Source: an uncultured archaeon
GTDB lineage: Archaea > Iainarchaeota > Iainarchaeia > Iainarchaeales > JAAZKV01
Direction of reading: 5' to 3'
Length of the DNA stretch: 64,000 nt
Assembly: GCA_964583285.1 (NCBI GenBank)
Contig: CAZOVD010000002.1
Span: 2,940 to 66,939, forward strand
The position numbers were made by a program, and so were the translations under genes. The notes beneath the pieces are model-generated. The model ran no database searches. It saw nothing but the letters and a program-made list of their open reading frames with translations, and was not told where the DNA came from. Below, one piece after another: positions 19,849 to 28,959 of this stretch (within the stretch, counting starts at the first letter, position 1; each line of letters begins with the position of its first letter).

Positions 19849-20007
19849 CTATAAACTTAAACTTGAACTCTCCTCAATAACCAAAGTTGGACTACTAAAA
19901 TTAGCTTTTTTAGGAAAACTATAACCATTTCCAAATTGAGCATCTCCAACATTTTGAAACTTTGTAACAAAGTGTAAATCAAAACCAATAGTAACAATTC
20001 CTTTCAT
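19849..20007 (-). CDS. small ORF (52 aa)
   Basis: TAATG junction with the 843-aa gene. MKGIVTIGFDLHFVTKF... Below the track threshold. Confidence 0.35.
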   Translation of the reverse strand: MKGIVTIGFDLHFVTKFQNVGDAQFGNGYSFPKKANFSSPTLVIEESSSLSL

Positions 20008-22538
20008 TATGTATCATCTGTATAAAAATTAAGTTGTGTATTATTACTCTCAAATTCAAACTCAAGAGTCAATAAACCATCTTCACTAATACTTCCAGCA
20101 CTAGCAGTAATATTATGAGTATCCCAACTACCATTACTAATACTAGTAATAGCACTTAAAGTAGTAACAGTAACTCCATTAAGTTTTAATTTAGGAATAA
20201 TACTTCCTGTCCAACTACCATTTGCTCTAACATAAAAATTAAAGTCTTGTGCTTGTCCTGCAGAAACATATCTAGAATCAACAATCCAATCAATATCCAA
20301 AGCACTAACTGTTGTTGTAAATGTAACAGCAACAGTATCATAACCACTAGGAGTAGTAATAGTACTATCTTTCATAATAGTACCTCTACCATAAATTTTT
20401 CCTGTTTTTCCAAAACTATTTTGTAAAACATATTGAGGAACAACATATTGGTCAATTGCAGTTAAAGCATAAGCTTTTGATAAACTTGGAGCATCAATAC
20501 TACAATTAATTAAAGTAACATTTCCAGCCCTATAATTTGATTCATAAGCCCAAGTACTTGGAGTTGTATGAGAACAATTAATTACTTTACAAGAACCACT
20601 ATATTGGTCTAAATAAACATCTTCTCCATTGGATTCAAAAGTACAACTATTTACTTCAATATTAGATGTTGATGTAAAATAAATAGCATGTCCTGTATTT
20701 GAAGTAAAAGAACAATTTTTAATAATAATATCATTAACTAAAGTTCCTATATACATAGCTCTAAAATTTCCTTCAAAATCACAATTATCAACAACAAGAT
20801 TATATTTTGAAGTATTAGAATTAATACCATAATAACAATTTTTAATAGTTGCATTTCTAACAGTTATTGATGTAGCTTCAAATTCTATACCAGCACCATA
20901 ACAAGAATCAATAGTAACACCCGAAAAATCATAATCACCACTAGATAATTGAAAAGCTGATGCAGCAGTACTTGTACCAAGACTATTAACTTTAACATCA
21001 TTAAAAGAAACTCCAGTACCAAAACTTAATCTAATTGAACTATAACTTGCATTACTATTTGAATTAATAAATACATTATCTAAAGTTAAATGTGTGCTAG
21101 TGCATTGTATTGTATAAACTCCTCCACCAGCAAAAGTACAATTTGTTATGTCAGCATTTGGATTTAAAACATAAGCACAAATATATGATTCAACAACATT
21201 AATTTTATTAAGACTACCACCTTCAGTATTAAAATAAATACCATACCAAGAAGTTGAAGTTCTTGTTCCTCTACCAAGTAAAGTTGTACCATCTTGAGTA
21301 CAATCTTCAACATCCCACCCGCCATCAATATTTTGACCCCTAGTATAAAATATAACTGTTCCAGTAGTTCTATTCATATTTGTAGCATAAGGGTATTTGT
21401 AAATACTTGAAGTATCAGTACCAGTTGTTCCAACATAATTAGATTCAAGAGTAATTGTTGTAGAACTAATTGCAGTAACTCTATAAATAGTTTCATCATC
21501 ACCATCTAAAGCAGTACTACTTCTACTAATATAATTTCCAACAGCAATACTTCCAACCAAACTTGCACTTGTTGAAACAGTTCTTGAGCCTTTAGTCCAA
21601 GTACAATTAGCAGCAGTGTATTGAGTTGGTCCTGAAGTTTTTTCAACTCTAATAAAATCATAAGGAATTTTTACATTACTATATGAACCATTTGTAGCAG
21701 CATCAATAGTAGCATAAACTTCTCTAACAAAAGTATTTTCATTATCAACAAAAGTTCCAAAAACACTTGAATCAATTCCACCACTAGAATTAGCTAACTC
21801 AAAAGTATTACCACTAACATTTTGGACTTTATAACTTTTACCATTAACTTCTTCCATATCTCCAACATCTTGTCCATTAATAAAAATATAATCTCCATTA
21901 CTAAAATTATGTCCATTAGCAGTAACAACAGCAGGATTAGCATTAGTAATATTTGTAATCAAAAACCCATCATAAATATAAAGACTTCCACCAGTACCAT
22001 TATAAGCTGAATAAACAGATGTATTAACATCAGTTCCATTATCAACATCTTTTATTGAAATACTATTTTCTCTAACTGCTTTAACTCTATAAAAAGTACT
22101 ATTATGTTGTGACATTCCACCAATACCAACACAATAAAATATTTGTCCAACACTAAAAATATCTTCAGCACCAGCAACAGTAAAACTACCTTCAGTATAT
22201 CTAGTAGCTCCAGGCTGCCGCATTACTCCACCACTTGTATAAGCAGTATACCCAGTAGTATTATCACTAATAGTAAAATTAGTAGAATCAACAACACTAA
22301 CAACAACAGTTTTTGTAGCCCTTGTTTCATACTCTGGTTGTGTAGAATTTAATTGTGTCATACCACCAAGATTATTAAAAATAATATGGTCACCAGGACT
22401 TAAACCATGTGCAGTAGAAGTTGTAACTTGTCCATTACTGGCTTGAGTAACATTAGTTACACTAACTTCCCTAGTTGCAATAGTATAATAAACATCAGTA
22501 TCATTACCATTTGTTGAAACATACGCATTTACAGTCAT
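20007..22538 (-). CDS. right-handed parallel beta-helix spike (depolymerase-like)
   Basis: Repeated Cys/Asn-ladder units 'VRNATIKNCYYGI', 'VVDNCDFEGN', 'IIIKNCSFTSNTGHAIYF', 'VNSCTFESNGEDVYL', 'VINCSH' and 'LINCSI'. Confidence 0.65.
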   Translation of the reverse strand: MTVNAYVSTNGNDTDVYYTIATREVSVTNVTQASNGQVTTSTAHGLSPGDHIIFNNLGGMTQLNSTQPEYETRATKTVVVSVVDSTNFTISDNTTGYTAYTSGGVMRQPGATRYTEGSFTVAGAEDIFSVGQIFYCVGIGGMSQHNSTFYRVKAVRENSISIKDVDNGTDVNTSVYSAYNGTGGSLYIYDGFLITNITNANPAVVTANGHNFSNGDYIFINGQDVGDMEEVNGKSYKVQNVSGNTFELANSSGGIDSSVFGTFVDNENTFVREVYATIDAATNGSYSNVKIPYDFIRVEKTSGPTQYTAANCTWTKGSRTVSTSASLVGSIAVGNYISRSSTALDGDDETIYRVTAISSTTITLESNYVGTTGTDTSSIYKYPYATNMNRTTGTVIFYTRGQNIDGGWDVEDCTQDGTTLLGRGTRTSTSWYGIYFNTEGGSLNKINVVESYICAYVLNPNADITNCTFAGGGVYTIQCTSTHLTLDNVFINSNSNASYSSIRLSFGTGVSFNDVKVNSLGTSTAASAFQLSSGDYDFSGVTIDSCYGAGIEFEATSITVRNATIKNCYYGINSNTSKYNLVVDNCDFEGNFRAMYIGTLVNDIIIKNCSFTSNTGHAIYFTSTSNIEVNSCTFESNGEDVYLDQYSGSCKVINCSHTTPSTWAYESNYRAGNVTLINCSIDAPSLSKAYALTAIDQYVVPQYVLQNSFGKTGKIYGRGTIMKDSTITTPSGYDTVAVTFTTTVSALDIDWIVDSRYVSAGQAQDFNFYVRANGSWTGSIIPKLKLNGVTVTTLSAITSISNGSWDTHNITASAGSISEDGLLTLEFEFESNNTQLNFYTDDT

Positions 22539-22576
22539 TTATATATCATACTCCTTTCTTATTAATAAATATATTT

Positions 22577-25471
22577 TTACTTTTCAATATCAATTGTTAA
22601 AGTAAATTGATTCACCCCACTAATAGAATCTATATTAAAACATAAAACATCTCCTGCACTAACTGAAGTAGTCCAAGTTCCAAGACTTGTATCGCTATTC
22701 AAATCATTAGCACTAAGAGTTGGTTTTTCTGAACCAGTGATACTTTGTGCTGAACTAGTTGGTTTTGCCCCACTAGCTTTCCAAATATCAACAACAACAT
22801 CTCCAGCAGTTTTACTCACAATTCTCCAACCTTTAATAGTACAATCATAACCTATTACACCATATTGTTTAATTCCAGTTCCATTACCAGTATAATTAAA
22901 AGTCCAAGTATCTTTGCTAACAGCATTTAATTCATTTTGTAAATCTGTTTGGTCAGCAAGAGTTCCACTTATTGAACCCCAAGTAGCACTCCCAGTACTT
23001 CCAGCGGCATTAAGAGTATTTCCACTTAAACTTAAATTAGAACCAATAACTATTTCTTGAAAAACACCACTACCAGCACTATACCTTCCTAATAATACTT
23101 CATTAGTTGTAGCATCAACTAATTTACTAAGAGTAACATTAGAATTAGCTATCTTACTTGTAGTCACAGCATCATTAGCAATAGTTGTAGAAAAACTTCC
23201 TGTTCCAGTTCCAGTAACATCTCCAGTTAAAGTAATTGTTTGGTCGCCAGTGTTTGTGCCTGATAAGTTTGTAGCACTAATTGCTCCAGTAAATGTTGCA
23301 CCACTTAATTGAGCATAAGCAGTTAAGTCACTATCAACAACAACATCAGCAATAGCAACACCACTATCTTGAATGGTCTTTCCATTAACACCATCAAAAG
23401 TAACTATGTTATTATCAACACTACTCGCAGGTCCATTAACATCTCCACCACCAGCCGCATTAATTGCTTCTCTTACTGCTTGTTCAGTTGGAATATTCGT
23501 ATCAGTTCCTGGACTTCCAATTGTAGTAACCTTTGTTCCTTCAACATATCCACTAAGGTCTTGGTCACCTGTATTAGTTCCAGATAAATTATTTCCTGAA
23601 ATATCTCCAGTAACTTGTAATTCTCCTTGTTCATTAAAAAATGCTTGTTGAGTCCAACTGCTAATAGGATTACTTCCACTTGTTGCAGTTAAAAAAGTCA
23701 TTATTGCATTTCCACTAGTATCAGTTTGAAACTTTAATCTAGTAGCAGGTTTGCTTGTATCAATTCTATTCCATTGACTTCCAGTCCAAACAGCATTGCT
23801 TGTAATCTCAGAATTATCATTATCACTCTTATTAATACCTAATAAATCTTTAACACTAATTTCTCCTGTAAAATCAGCACCATCAAGTCTAGCATAAATA
23901 CCATCTAAATAAGTTCCTAAAGCACTAGTATCAATATCAACTTCAAGAGTTTCATCACTAGCATCATCTACTTCTGTTAAAGTAATATAATCACCAACAA
24001 CTAACTTTCCATTCAAATAACCAGCAGTAGTATCATTAGCACTAACCTTTACTAATTCATCAGTAATAGATAAAGTTTGATTAGTCCAATAACTACCATT
24101 ATATCTAAGAACTTGATTACTTGTAACACCACTAATAGTAACATCACTTAAATCACCAATACTTTCAGAATTAATATTAGCAATACTATTATCAGTAATA
24201 GTAAAATCAGGATAAGTTCCACTAATTGTTACATTAGTTCCACCAGTAAATGAAACTGTTTTATCAAAAAGATTTGTAGCACCTTCGCTAATATCATCAG
24301 TATCATCAACAGCTTTTTCAAAATATTCACTAAGTGTTTTTGTAGAATCTTTTAAAATTTTTCCAGTAGTCCCATCATATAAAGGTATAGCATTATCAGT
24401 TGCACTTGCAGGTCCAGTAACATCACCACCGCCACTAGCACTTATTGCTTCACGAACAGCTTGTTCACTAGGTACATTAGAATCACTACCTGGAGTTCCT
24501 ACTGTAGTAACTAAAGTACCTTGTATATAACTAGATAAATCTTGGTCGCCAGTATTAGTTCCACTAGTATTTCCAATAACAGTTTTTTCAGCATCTGTAA
24601 CATATCTTCTGTTAGTAGAATCATTAATATCAGCAGTAGTTGCATTAGCACCAGCAGTAACTAAACCATCAGCATCATAAGTAATCTTTGTTTTTGTACT
24701 CGCAGTAATAGGAGTATTTTTATCTAATTTATCATCTAACACATTTTGTAAATCTGTTTGGTCAGCAATATCTCCAGCAATTCCACCCCATGTAGCAGTT
24801 CCTGCAGCACTACTTGCATTTAAAACTCCAGCTGAAAAAGAAAGTCCAGTTCCAATTTGTATTTCTTGAGCATCACCACTAGAAACATCATACCTTCCTA
24901 ATAATCTTTCACCAGCAACATTTTGAAGTTTAGCATAAGTAATTGCATCATTTAAAACTTTGGCAGTTGTAACAGCATTGTTAGCAAGAGTAGTTGAAAT
25001 ACTTGTTGTTCCACTCCCAGTTATTGCTCCACTAAGAGTTATTGTTTCATTATTTGTTAAATAAGTATTTGAATCAAGTGAACCATCGCCCTTAACAAAA
25101 TCACTACTAGTTCCACCATCAGTCACAAAACTATTAGCCTCAATATTATTAGTAGTAACACTACCATTATCAGTCACATCTTGCAAATCTTGAGTTTCAG
25201 GAGTAACATTACCAAGAACAGTCCAATTAGTACCATTCCAAACAACTTCATCACCATCAACAAAACTCTGCCCAGTATTAGTATAAGTAACCCCAGCATC
25301 ATCAGTTACTGAAGCAAGAACACGATAAAACCAACCATTCTCAACACTTGCAATTAAAGGAAAATCAGTAGAAACACTAATAGTGCCCTTGAAAATAATA
25401 GGGTTAACAATACTTGTTCCACTTGTATCAATATCAAATTGGCCTGTGAAAGGATTAAATTTCAATGACAT
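22577..25471 (-). CDS. long fibre protein with large internal duplications
   Basis: 964 aa with N-terminus 'MSLKFNPFTGQFD'. Two repeat pairs: aa 143-247 with 745-848, and aa 302-376 with 629-703. Confidence 0.65.
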   Translation of the reverse strand: MSLKFNPFTGQFDIDTSGTSIVNPIIFKGTISVSTDFPLIASVENGWFYRVLASVTDDAGVTYTNTGQSFVDGDEVVWNGTNWTVLGNVTPETQDLQDVTDNGSVTTNNIEANSFVTDGGTSSDFVKGDGSLDSNTYLTNNETITLSGAITGSGTTSISTTLANNAVTTAKVLNDAITYAKLQNVAGERLLGRYDVSSGDAQEIQIGTGLSFSAGVLNASSAAGTATWGGIAGDIADQTDLQNVLDDKLDKNTPITASTKTKITYDADGLVTAGANATTADINDSTNRRYVTDAEKTVIGNTSGTNTGDQDLSSYIQGTLVTTVGTPGSDSNVPSEQAVREAISASGGGDVTGPASATDNAIPLYDGTTGKILKDSTKTLSEYFEKAVDDTDDISEGATNLFDKTVSFTGGTNVTISGTYPDFTITDNSIANINSESIGDLSDVTISGVTSNQVLRYNGSYWTNQTLSITDELVKVSANDTTAGYLNGKLVVGDYITLTEVDDASDETLEVDIDTSALGTYLDGIYARLDGADFTGEISVKDLLGINKSDNDNSEITSNAVWTGSQWNRIDTSKPATRLKFQTDTSGNAIMTFLTATSGSNPISSWTQQAFFNEQGELQVTGDISGNNLSGTNTGDQDLSGYVEGTKVTTIGSPGTDTNIPTEQAVREAINAAGGGDVNGPASSVDNNIVTFDGVNGKTIQDSGVAIADVVVDSDLTAYAQLSGATFTGAISATNLSGTNTGDQTITLTGDVTGTGTGSFSTTIANDAVTTSKIANSNVTLSKLVDATTNEVLLGRYSAGSGVFQEIVIGSNLSLSGNTLNAAGSTGSATWGSISGTLADQTDLQNELNAVSKDTWTFNYTGNGTGIKQYGVIGYDCTIKGWRIVSKTAGDVVVDIWKASGAKPTSSAQSITGSEKPTLSANDLNSDTSLGTWTTSVSAGDVLCFNIDSISGVNQFTLTIDIEK

Positions 25472-25764
25472 TATACCTTCTCCGCACTACTTAAATTATT
25501 TTTTGTTGAATCTGTATATGCTAAATTAATTGTAGCTACTGTTGTTCCAGAAGACCCACCTTGTTTAAAAACATATGATTCAGTTGTTGAACTTGGATAT
25601 GTTACAGAAACATAATCATAAATAATTCCATTTAATAATCCACCAACACCAACAGATAATGGATTATCTGAATTAATGGAATTACCATTTGAATCAACAT
25701 TTAAAACTTTTTGTGCATAATTAGTAAATCCATTTTCAGGTACTGGTATTTCTGCTTTAACCAT
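25471..25764 (-). CDS. hypothetical structural protein, leaderless candidate
   Basis: 97 aa. ATG lies 24 nt after the late TATA-like box with no SD. Confidence 0.45.
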   Translation of the reverse strand: MVKAEIPVPENGFTNYAQKVLNVDSNGNSINSDNPLSVGVGGLLNGIIYDYVSVTYPSSTTESYVFKQGGSSGTTVATINLAYTDSTKNNLSSAEKV

Positions 25765-25778
25765 AATAATAAAATTTA

Positions 25779-25805
25779 TTTTTTATCATTTATAAATATA
25801 ATTAA
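25779..25805 (-). promoter_or_regulatory. late-type promoter motif copy 4
   Basis: Exact 18-mer at 25786-25803. The TTTATAAA box ends 24 nt before ATG 25764. Confidence 0.6.
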
Positions 25806-25814
25806 TAAAAAAGT

Positions 25815-25856
25815 AGTATTAAAGAAGAGGAAAATAATAACCTCTTCTTTAATACT
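25815..25856 (-). terminator. strong hairpin plus U-tract after the major capsid gene
   Basis: Perfect 16-bp stem (25815-25830 with 25841-25856) and a 10-nt loop. On the - strand it is followed by ACUUUUUUAUU. Confidence 0.65.
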
Positions 25857-25871
25857 TTCAGTTTAATTTAT

Positions 25872-26840
25872 CTAGCTTGCTGCCATTACTACACCAGCAA
25901 CAGCTAATACAGATTGTATTCCAATTCCGTATGATTGTACTGCAAGTATTTCAGTATCTAAACTTCCTGAAACTCTTCCATCTACAACTTCAACATCTGT
26001 TTCTTTTACAAATGTTCCAAGTTCATTTGAATCAACTATTAAAGTTGTTCCACTTGTTACTTGTGATGTTACAACAATCTTCATACCTCTAAAGTATTCA
26101 GCTGTTGGGAACACTCTTGCTACTGCACCAGCATCTGCTACAGCATTTGAAATAACACCTCTTGATAGTGCTTCTTTGAAATCTGTATCTTTACTTAGTG
26201 CTGCATAGTCAGCAGGATTAACTACCAAATGTGTTGGTTTATAATCATTACCTTCTATAATAGCAATAGCATCAATTAGTTTATCATAACTAATTCTTGT
26301 ACTTGCTCCACCTGTTGCAACTCTATTTGCATTTCCTGCAGTTACTACAGCTTCAATTCCTGATATGATATCAGAGTCAATTTTTCTTGCAAGTGCTTTA
26401 CCAGCTCTTTTAGCTTCTAAAGCAATCATTGAAGTCATTCCTCTTTTCATCATTTCCCAAGTAATTTTACTTGCAGCAACTTTCTTTGTTGGAGTTACAG
26501 TTATTGAACTATATCCTACAGATGTATAAGAAATACTTCCACCTTCTGAAACTTCAGCAGCAGTTATTCTTGCATCTTTTGGTAGTTTAATTGCACCTTT
26601 TCCTCCACCATTCATTAAGTCATCATTAACTTGTAATAGTTCTAGTCCTGTTAAATTTGGTTCAACAGCTTCTCTAATTATTGTAGCCAAAGCAGTTGTA
26701 TACAGAGCACTAGCATTACTTGTTGATATATCTTCTTTAAATCTAATTGATTCTGCGTAACCTTTAGAAATTGAGTCTTTTAATAGAGCTTTTCCTACAG
26801 CTTCACATAATCTTGTTCCACTTTCTTCAAAGTATGCCAT
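25872..26840 (-). CDS. major capsid protein (HK97 fold)
   Basis: 322 aa directly after the protease and scaffold genes. Composition and pattern fit the Phage_capsid family ('YKPTHLVVNPADYAAL'). Confidence 0.8.
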   Translation of the reverse strand: MAYFEESGTRLCEAVGKALLKDSISKGYAESIRFKEDISTSNASALYTTALATIIREAVEPNLTGLELLQVNDDLMNGGGKGAIKLPKDARITAAEVSEGGSISYTSVGYSSITVTPTKKVAASKITWEMMKRGMTSMIALEAKRAGKALARKIDSDIISGIEAVVTAGNANRVATGGASTRISYDKLIDAIAIIEGNDYKPTHLVVNPADYAALSKDTDFKEALSRGVISNAVADAGAVARVFPTAEYFRGMKIVVTSQVTSGTTLIVDSNELGTFVKETDVEVVDGRVSGSLDTEILAVQSYGIGIQSVLAVAGVVMAAS

Positions 26841-26841
26841 G

Positions 26842-27486
26842 TTAATACCTCCCTACATTTTTAGCATATTCTTTCATCATTTGTTCAATAGTTGCACCAT
26901 CTTCTTTCAAAGTTGACACACTACCAATAACAACTCTTCTTCCTAATAAACTTTCATTTAATTTTTGAACATTATTTAAAGGTTCTTTAGGAATTGCTTC
27001 TTCTGATTCTTCTTCTGTTTTATTTGTTGAATCTTGTGATATATCTTTATTTAATAGACCACCATCAACATCAGATTTAGCACCATAACTTGGGCCAGAT
27101 GGATTATCGCCTTCAAAACCAACAGCATCTTCTTCCATTACTTTAGGTTTTGTTGGGTCAATTTCTGGTTCATCATTAGCTTCTTCCATTTCTGTTGATT
27201 CTTCAGCTTCTAATTTAGAAAGTCTTGCTTCAATTCCTTCTAATTTAGCCATAACTTGATTCAAAACATCAGAATTATCATTTACTTCTTCTGTTAAAGC
27301 TTTTGCTTTGTCCAAAGGTTCAGTTGGTTCAGCATCACTAGCTGGTGCATCTACTTTTGATACTACAGCAGGTTCAGCCATATCTTTTTTAAGAATTCCA
27401 CCTTCATTTGTATCGGCTTGTTCTTTCTTAACTTCTTCTTCGTCTTCAACTACTTGCTCAACAAAATATTTTTTTGTCTTAGCCAT
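26842..27486 (-). CDS. scaffolding protein
   Basis: 214 aa, highly acidic with a coiled coil ('LSKLEAEESTEMEEANDE'). Lies between the protease and capsid genes. Confidence 0.65.
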   Translation of the reverse strand: MAKTKKYFVEQVVEDEEEVKKEQADTNEGGILKKDMAEPAVVSKVDAPASDAEPTEPLDKAKALTEEVNDNSDVLNQVMAKLEGIEARLSKLEAEESTEMEEANDEPEIDPTKPKVMEEDAVGFEGDNPSGPSYGAKSDVDGGLLNKDISQDSTNKTEEESEEAIPKEPLNNVQKLNESLLGRRVVIGSVSTLKEDGATIEQMMKEYAKNVGRY

Positions 27487-27501
27487 AAAATGCCCTCCTT
27501 T

Positions 27502-27520
27502 TCATTTTATAAATATAATT
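27502..27520 (-). promoter_or_regulatory. late-type motif variant (one extra T)
   Basis: tcattttataaatataatt overlaps the protease stop. It is only about 20 nt from ATG 27486, which has a strong SD, so function is uncertain. Confidence 0.3.
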
Positions 27521-28400
27521 ATACTTGACATGCTTTAATCACTTCAAGTATTTCCTCTAATTCTTTTTTTGTTGGTTCAACATCTTTTCTAATTGTTTTT
27601 GTTAATGCTGGGCCACCAACTAATGTTCCTGCATTTATTGTTGATATATCTTCTTTTTTTTGTTCATCTTCTGTTTTAATTTCTTCTTTTATTATTTCAT
27701 CTTTTACTGGTTCATCTTCAACTTTTATTTCTTCTTCAACACCATCATCTAAAACATAATTAATATTTCCACCTTCTCTTGTTTTAGTATGAACTTTTAA
27801 TTTATTCTTTTTAATAATATTTTCAAAAAAATCTTCATCTTTCTTTTCAATAGACGCTGTAACTAATTTTTCTTTCCCTATATGAGATAGTTTTAAAGCT
27901 TCTGCCATATTAATTGTTGAATCAGCATAACCAGGAATAGTAACAATACTAATTTCTGCCCAATCATTTGGAAACGCTCTTGTATATTGTTTTCCATCAA
28001 TTGATTCTTCGTGTGAAACTTCATCAACTAATGCTTGAATTGAAACATTATTAATATCTCCTCTTTTAATTTTTCTAACTAAATCTGTTTCTTCAGGGTC
28101 AATATTTCCTCTATATTTTAAAATTGGTCCTTCCATCCATACTTTTTCAATATGCCCCACTGGCAATTTTGCTTCATCATGGTTTAAAAGCATTGGTCTT
28201 CCTTCAAGTTTTTTATGTGAATTCATTACAGAATTATAATCATACAAAATCTTATTTCTTGTAGGTTTAGTTGTATCAAGTGCATCTCCTTCAATTATAA
28301 CACCATCAACTTTATTAGTTTCTGGATTAATACTTTCTTTTAAAACATAACCATTAACTGGCTGAAAAACAGTTTCTTTAAAAACAATTCTATTGGACAT
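27519..28400 (-). CDS. prohead maturation protease (HK97 gp4-like)
   Basis: 'RPMLLNHDEAKLPVGHIEKVW' resembles the prohead-protease signature. Position is portal-protease-scaffold-capsid. Confidence 0.7.
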   Translation of the reverse strand: MSNRIVFKETVFQPVNGYVLKESINPETNKVDGVIIEGDALDTTKPTRNKILYDYNSVMNSHKKLEGRPMLLNHDEAKLPVGHIEKVWMEGPILKYRGNIDPEETDLVRKIKRGDINNVSIQALVDEVSHEESIDGKQYTRAFPNDWAEISIVTIPGYADSTINMAEALKLSHIGKEKLVTASIEKKDEDFFENIIKKNKLKVHTKTREGGNINYVLDDGVEEEIKVEDEPVKDEIIKEEIKTEDEQKKEDISTINAGTLVGGPALTKTIRKDVEPTKKELEEILEVIKACQV

Positions 28401-28621
28401 TATTTACTCACCTCAACCCGCATGTATTCAATAGGAGTGATTCCTCTCTGAGAATTTGCTCTTTCTTTATACCTATAATAAACATCCCCATTTTTCTTCA
28501 TTTGGAGAATTTTTTTATTTACTCTAGCTATATTCTCATTTAATTCATCTGCGAGTTGAGGCACAGTTTTCCATTCATCTGAAATACTATTTAAAATTTC
28601 ATCATAAATGTTTGTAATCAT
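28400..28621 (-). CDS. small winged-helix DNA-binding protein
   Basis: 'EWKTVPQLADELNENIARVNKKILQMKKNGDV' is HTH-like. One-base overlap with the protease start (the two genes share base 28400). Confidence 0.45.
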   Translation of the reverse strand: MITNIYDEILNSISDEWKTVPQLADELNENIARVNKKILQMKKNGDVYYRYKERANSQRGITPIEYMRVEVSK

Positions 28622-28698
28622 TAATTAAATTATTATATTAAGTAGTATATAAATGTATAATATAAATAAAGCAAAAAACAATATATAATAGGGTATTT

Positions 28699-28959
28699 TT
28701 ATAATGATTTCTTTAAATCATTTAAATTATTATATATCTTAACCTTGTTATTTATGATGACGCCGTAGGTATTTGATTTATCATCAAAATATATATCCTT
28801 ATTTCCTATTTTATCAATTATTTTATAATTCATTGAAAATTCTTCCTTGTTCCTATTTAAAATTTTAAGAATTAACCAAGAAACAAATAATATCTTAGCA
28901 ATACTCCATGAAGGATTATTGCTCCTTATAAATGCTTTAATTGTTTCAATATTAACCAT
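28699..28959 (-). CDS. small membrane-anchored protein
   Basis: TM segment 'WSIAKILFVSWLILKIL'. One-base overlap with the portal stop (TAATG junction; shared base 28959). Confidence 0.45.
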   Translation of the reverse strand: MVNIETIKAFIRSNNPSWSIAKILFVSWLILKILNRNKEEFSMNYKIIDKIGNKDIYFDDKSNTYGVIINNKVKIYNNLNDLKKSL

